DNA of 41,458 nt from Methanobacterium sp. (GTDB taxonomy: Archaea > Methanobacteriota > Methanobacteria > Methanobacteriales > Methanobacteriaceae). The stretch lies in the NCBI GenBank assembly GCA_003164415.1, contig PLTK01000083.1:1-41458 (forward strand), read 5' to 3'. The position numbers and the translations under genes were made by a program. The notes beneath the pieces are model-generated. The model was not told the DNA's origin, did no database searches, and saw nothing but the letters and a program-made list of their open reading frames with translations. Positions 40,530 to 41,458 of this stretch are shown piece by piece (the stretch's first letter is position 1; each line of letters opens with the position of its first letter).

Positions 40530-41458
40530 TTGCTATCGGATAAGAAAAATTTGGATAACTTAAGTAAGTCAGAAAGGGAACATACAACAACGTATGGTAG
40601 TCGTTATTTTACCAAAACAGTTCCCAAATATGTAATGCCCGTTAATGGTATGCCTGCAAGGGCAGCTTACCAGATTATACACGATGAACTGAATTTAGAT
40701 GGTAATCCTGCACTTAATTTAGCAAGTTTTGTTACAACATGGATGGAACCCGAAGCTGATAAGCTTATTATGGAAAGTATTGGAAAAAATTATGTTGACA
40801 ACGATGAATATCCCCAAACCCAGATAATACAAAACAGGGTAGTTAACATGCTAGCAAGACTTTTTAATGCTCCAAAAAAATGTAACTCAATTGGAAGCGG
40901 CACTATAGGCTCTTCAGAATCTATTATGCTCGGACTTCTAGCACATAAATGGACATGGAAGAAACGGAGAGAAGCTGAAGGTAAATCAACAGATAAACCC
41001 AATATTGTGATGGGGGCAGATGTTCATACAGTATGGGAGAAATTTGCAAGGTACTTCGATGTAGAACTCAAACTCATACCACTAAAAAAGAACATGTGTA
41101 AAACAACTGAAACTGAAATTACCAAGGTTATGTCATCATTCAGTTGTATAAGCGGTTTGGAAGAGGATATATATACAATAACAGCCGATGAAATCAAAGC
41201 CCTGGTAGATGAAAATACCATTGCAGTAGGTGCAGTGGCAGGAACAACATTCACAGGTCAAATGGATCCAATAGAAGAGATTAACACAGCCTTACTAGAA
41301 ATTAAGGAAGCTGAAGGTTGGGATATACCCATACATGTAGATGCTGCAAGCGGAGGTTTTGTTCTACCATTTCTTTATCCAGGGATAAAATGGGATTTCA
41401 GACTGGAACAGGTAAGATCCATAAATGTATCAGGCCATAAATATGGATTAGTATATCC
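40530..41458 (+). CDS. gadB: Glutamate decarboxylase (PLP-dependent, group II), running off the window end
   Basis: Not in the ORF track; translated by hand from TTG 40530 after a GGGGGA RBS: [74 protein letters not shown] (PLP lysine). Confidence 0.95.
   Translation, partial: MLSDKKNLDNLSKSEREHTTTYGSRYFTKTVPKYVMPVNGMPARAAYQIIHDELNLDGNPALNLASFVTTWMEPEADKLIMESIGKNYVDNDEYPQTQIIQNRVVNMLARLFNAPKKCNSIGSGTIGSSESIMLGLLAHKWTWKKRREAEGKSTDKPNIVMGADVHTVWEKFARYFDVELKLIPLKKNMCKTTETEITKVMSSFSCISGLEEDIYTITADEIKALVDENTIAVGAVAGTTFTGQMDPIEEINTALLEIKEAEGWDIPIHVDAASGGFVLPFLYPGIKWDFRLEQVRSINVSGHKYGLVY

Noticed and set aside
1112-41254. Many short ORFs in the track that overlap larger genes (e.g. 1244..1516, 19251..19637, 22056..22403, 23198..23581, 24553..24945, 37228..37560, 40790..41002, 41024..41254)
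   Set aside because: Antisense or off-frame shadows of well-supported genes, with no RBS or motif support
1-41458. CRISPR array, tRNA/rRNA, IS element or integrase
   Set aside because: No regularly spaced repeats, no GC-rich structured RNA segment and no transposase or recombinase motifs seen

Overview
AT-rich archaeal DNA, most likely from a Methanobacterium (Methanobacteriales), judged from GGTGA/GGAGG ribosome-binding sites, TATA-like promoters, oligo-T terminators and DUF4013/DUF5518/zinc-ribbon gene families. It is an accessory-type region with no rRNA, tRNA, CRISPR array or intact transposase visible. The centrepiece is a complete methanol:coenzyme M methyltransferase locus (mtaA, an unknown divergent gene, mtaB, mtaC, ramA-type activator; 20.1-26.1 kb). 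The mtaB start region is tandemly duplicated (31 bp), creating a 9-codon upstream ORF. Other points: two copies of a small winged-helix regulator + small membrane protein module (one partner frameshifted), a Fic protein with a degenerate catalytic motif, a PAS/PocR/GAF histidine kinase, one CxxC...CxC module fused to two unrelated membrane proteins, a PAP2-DedA operon, a BPL-N/GATase-like gene with an amber stop at codon 2, a multiply frameshifted pseudogene, an unannotated 45-aa ORF, and a glutamate decarboxylase (missed by the ORF track, truncated at the window end) with a 25-aa in-frame insertion. All family calls come from motif recognition by eye; no database search was run.
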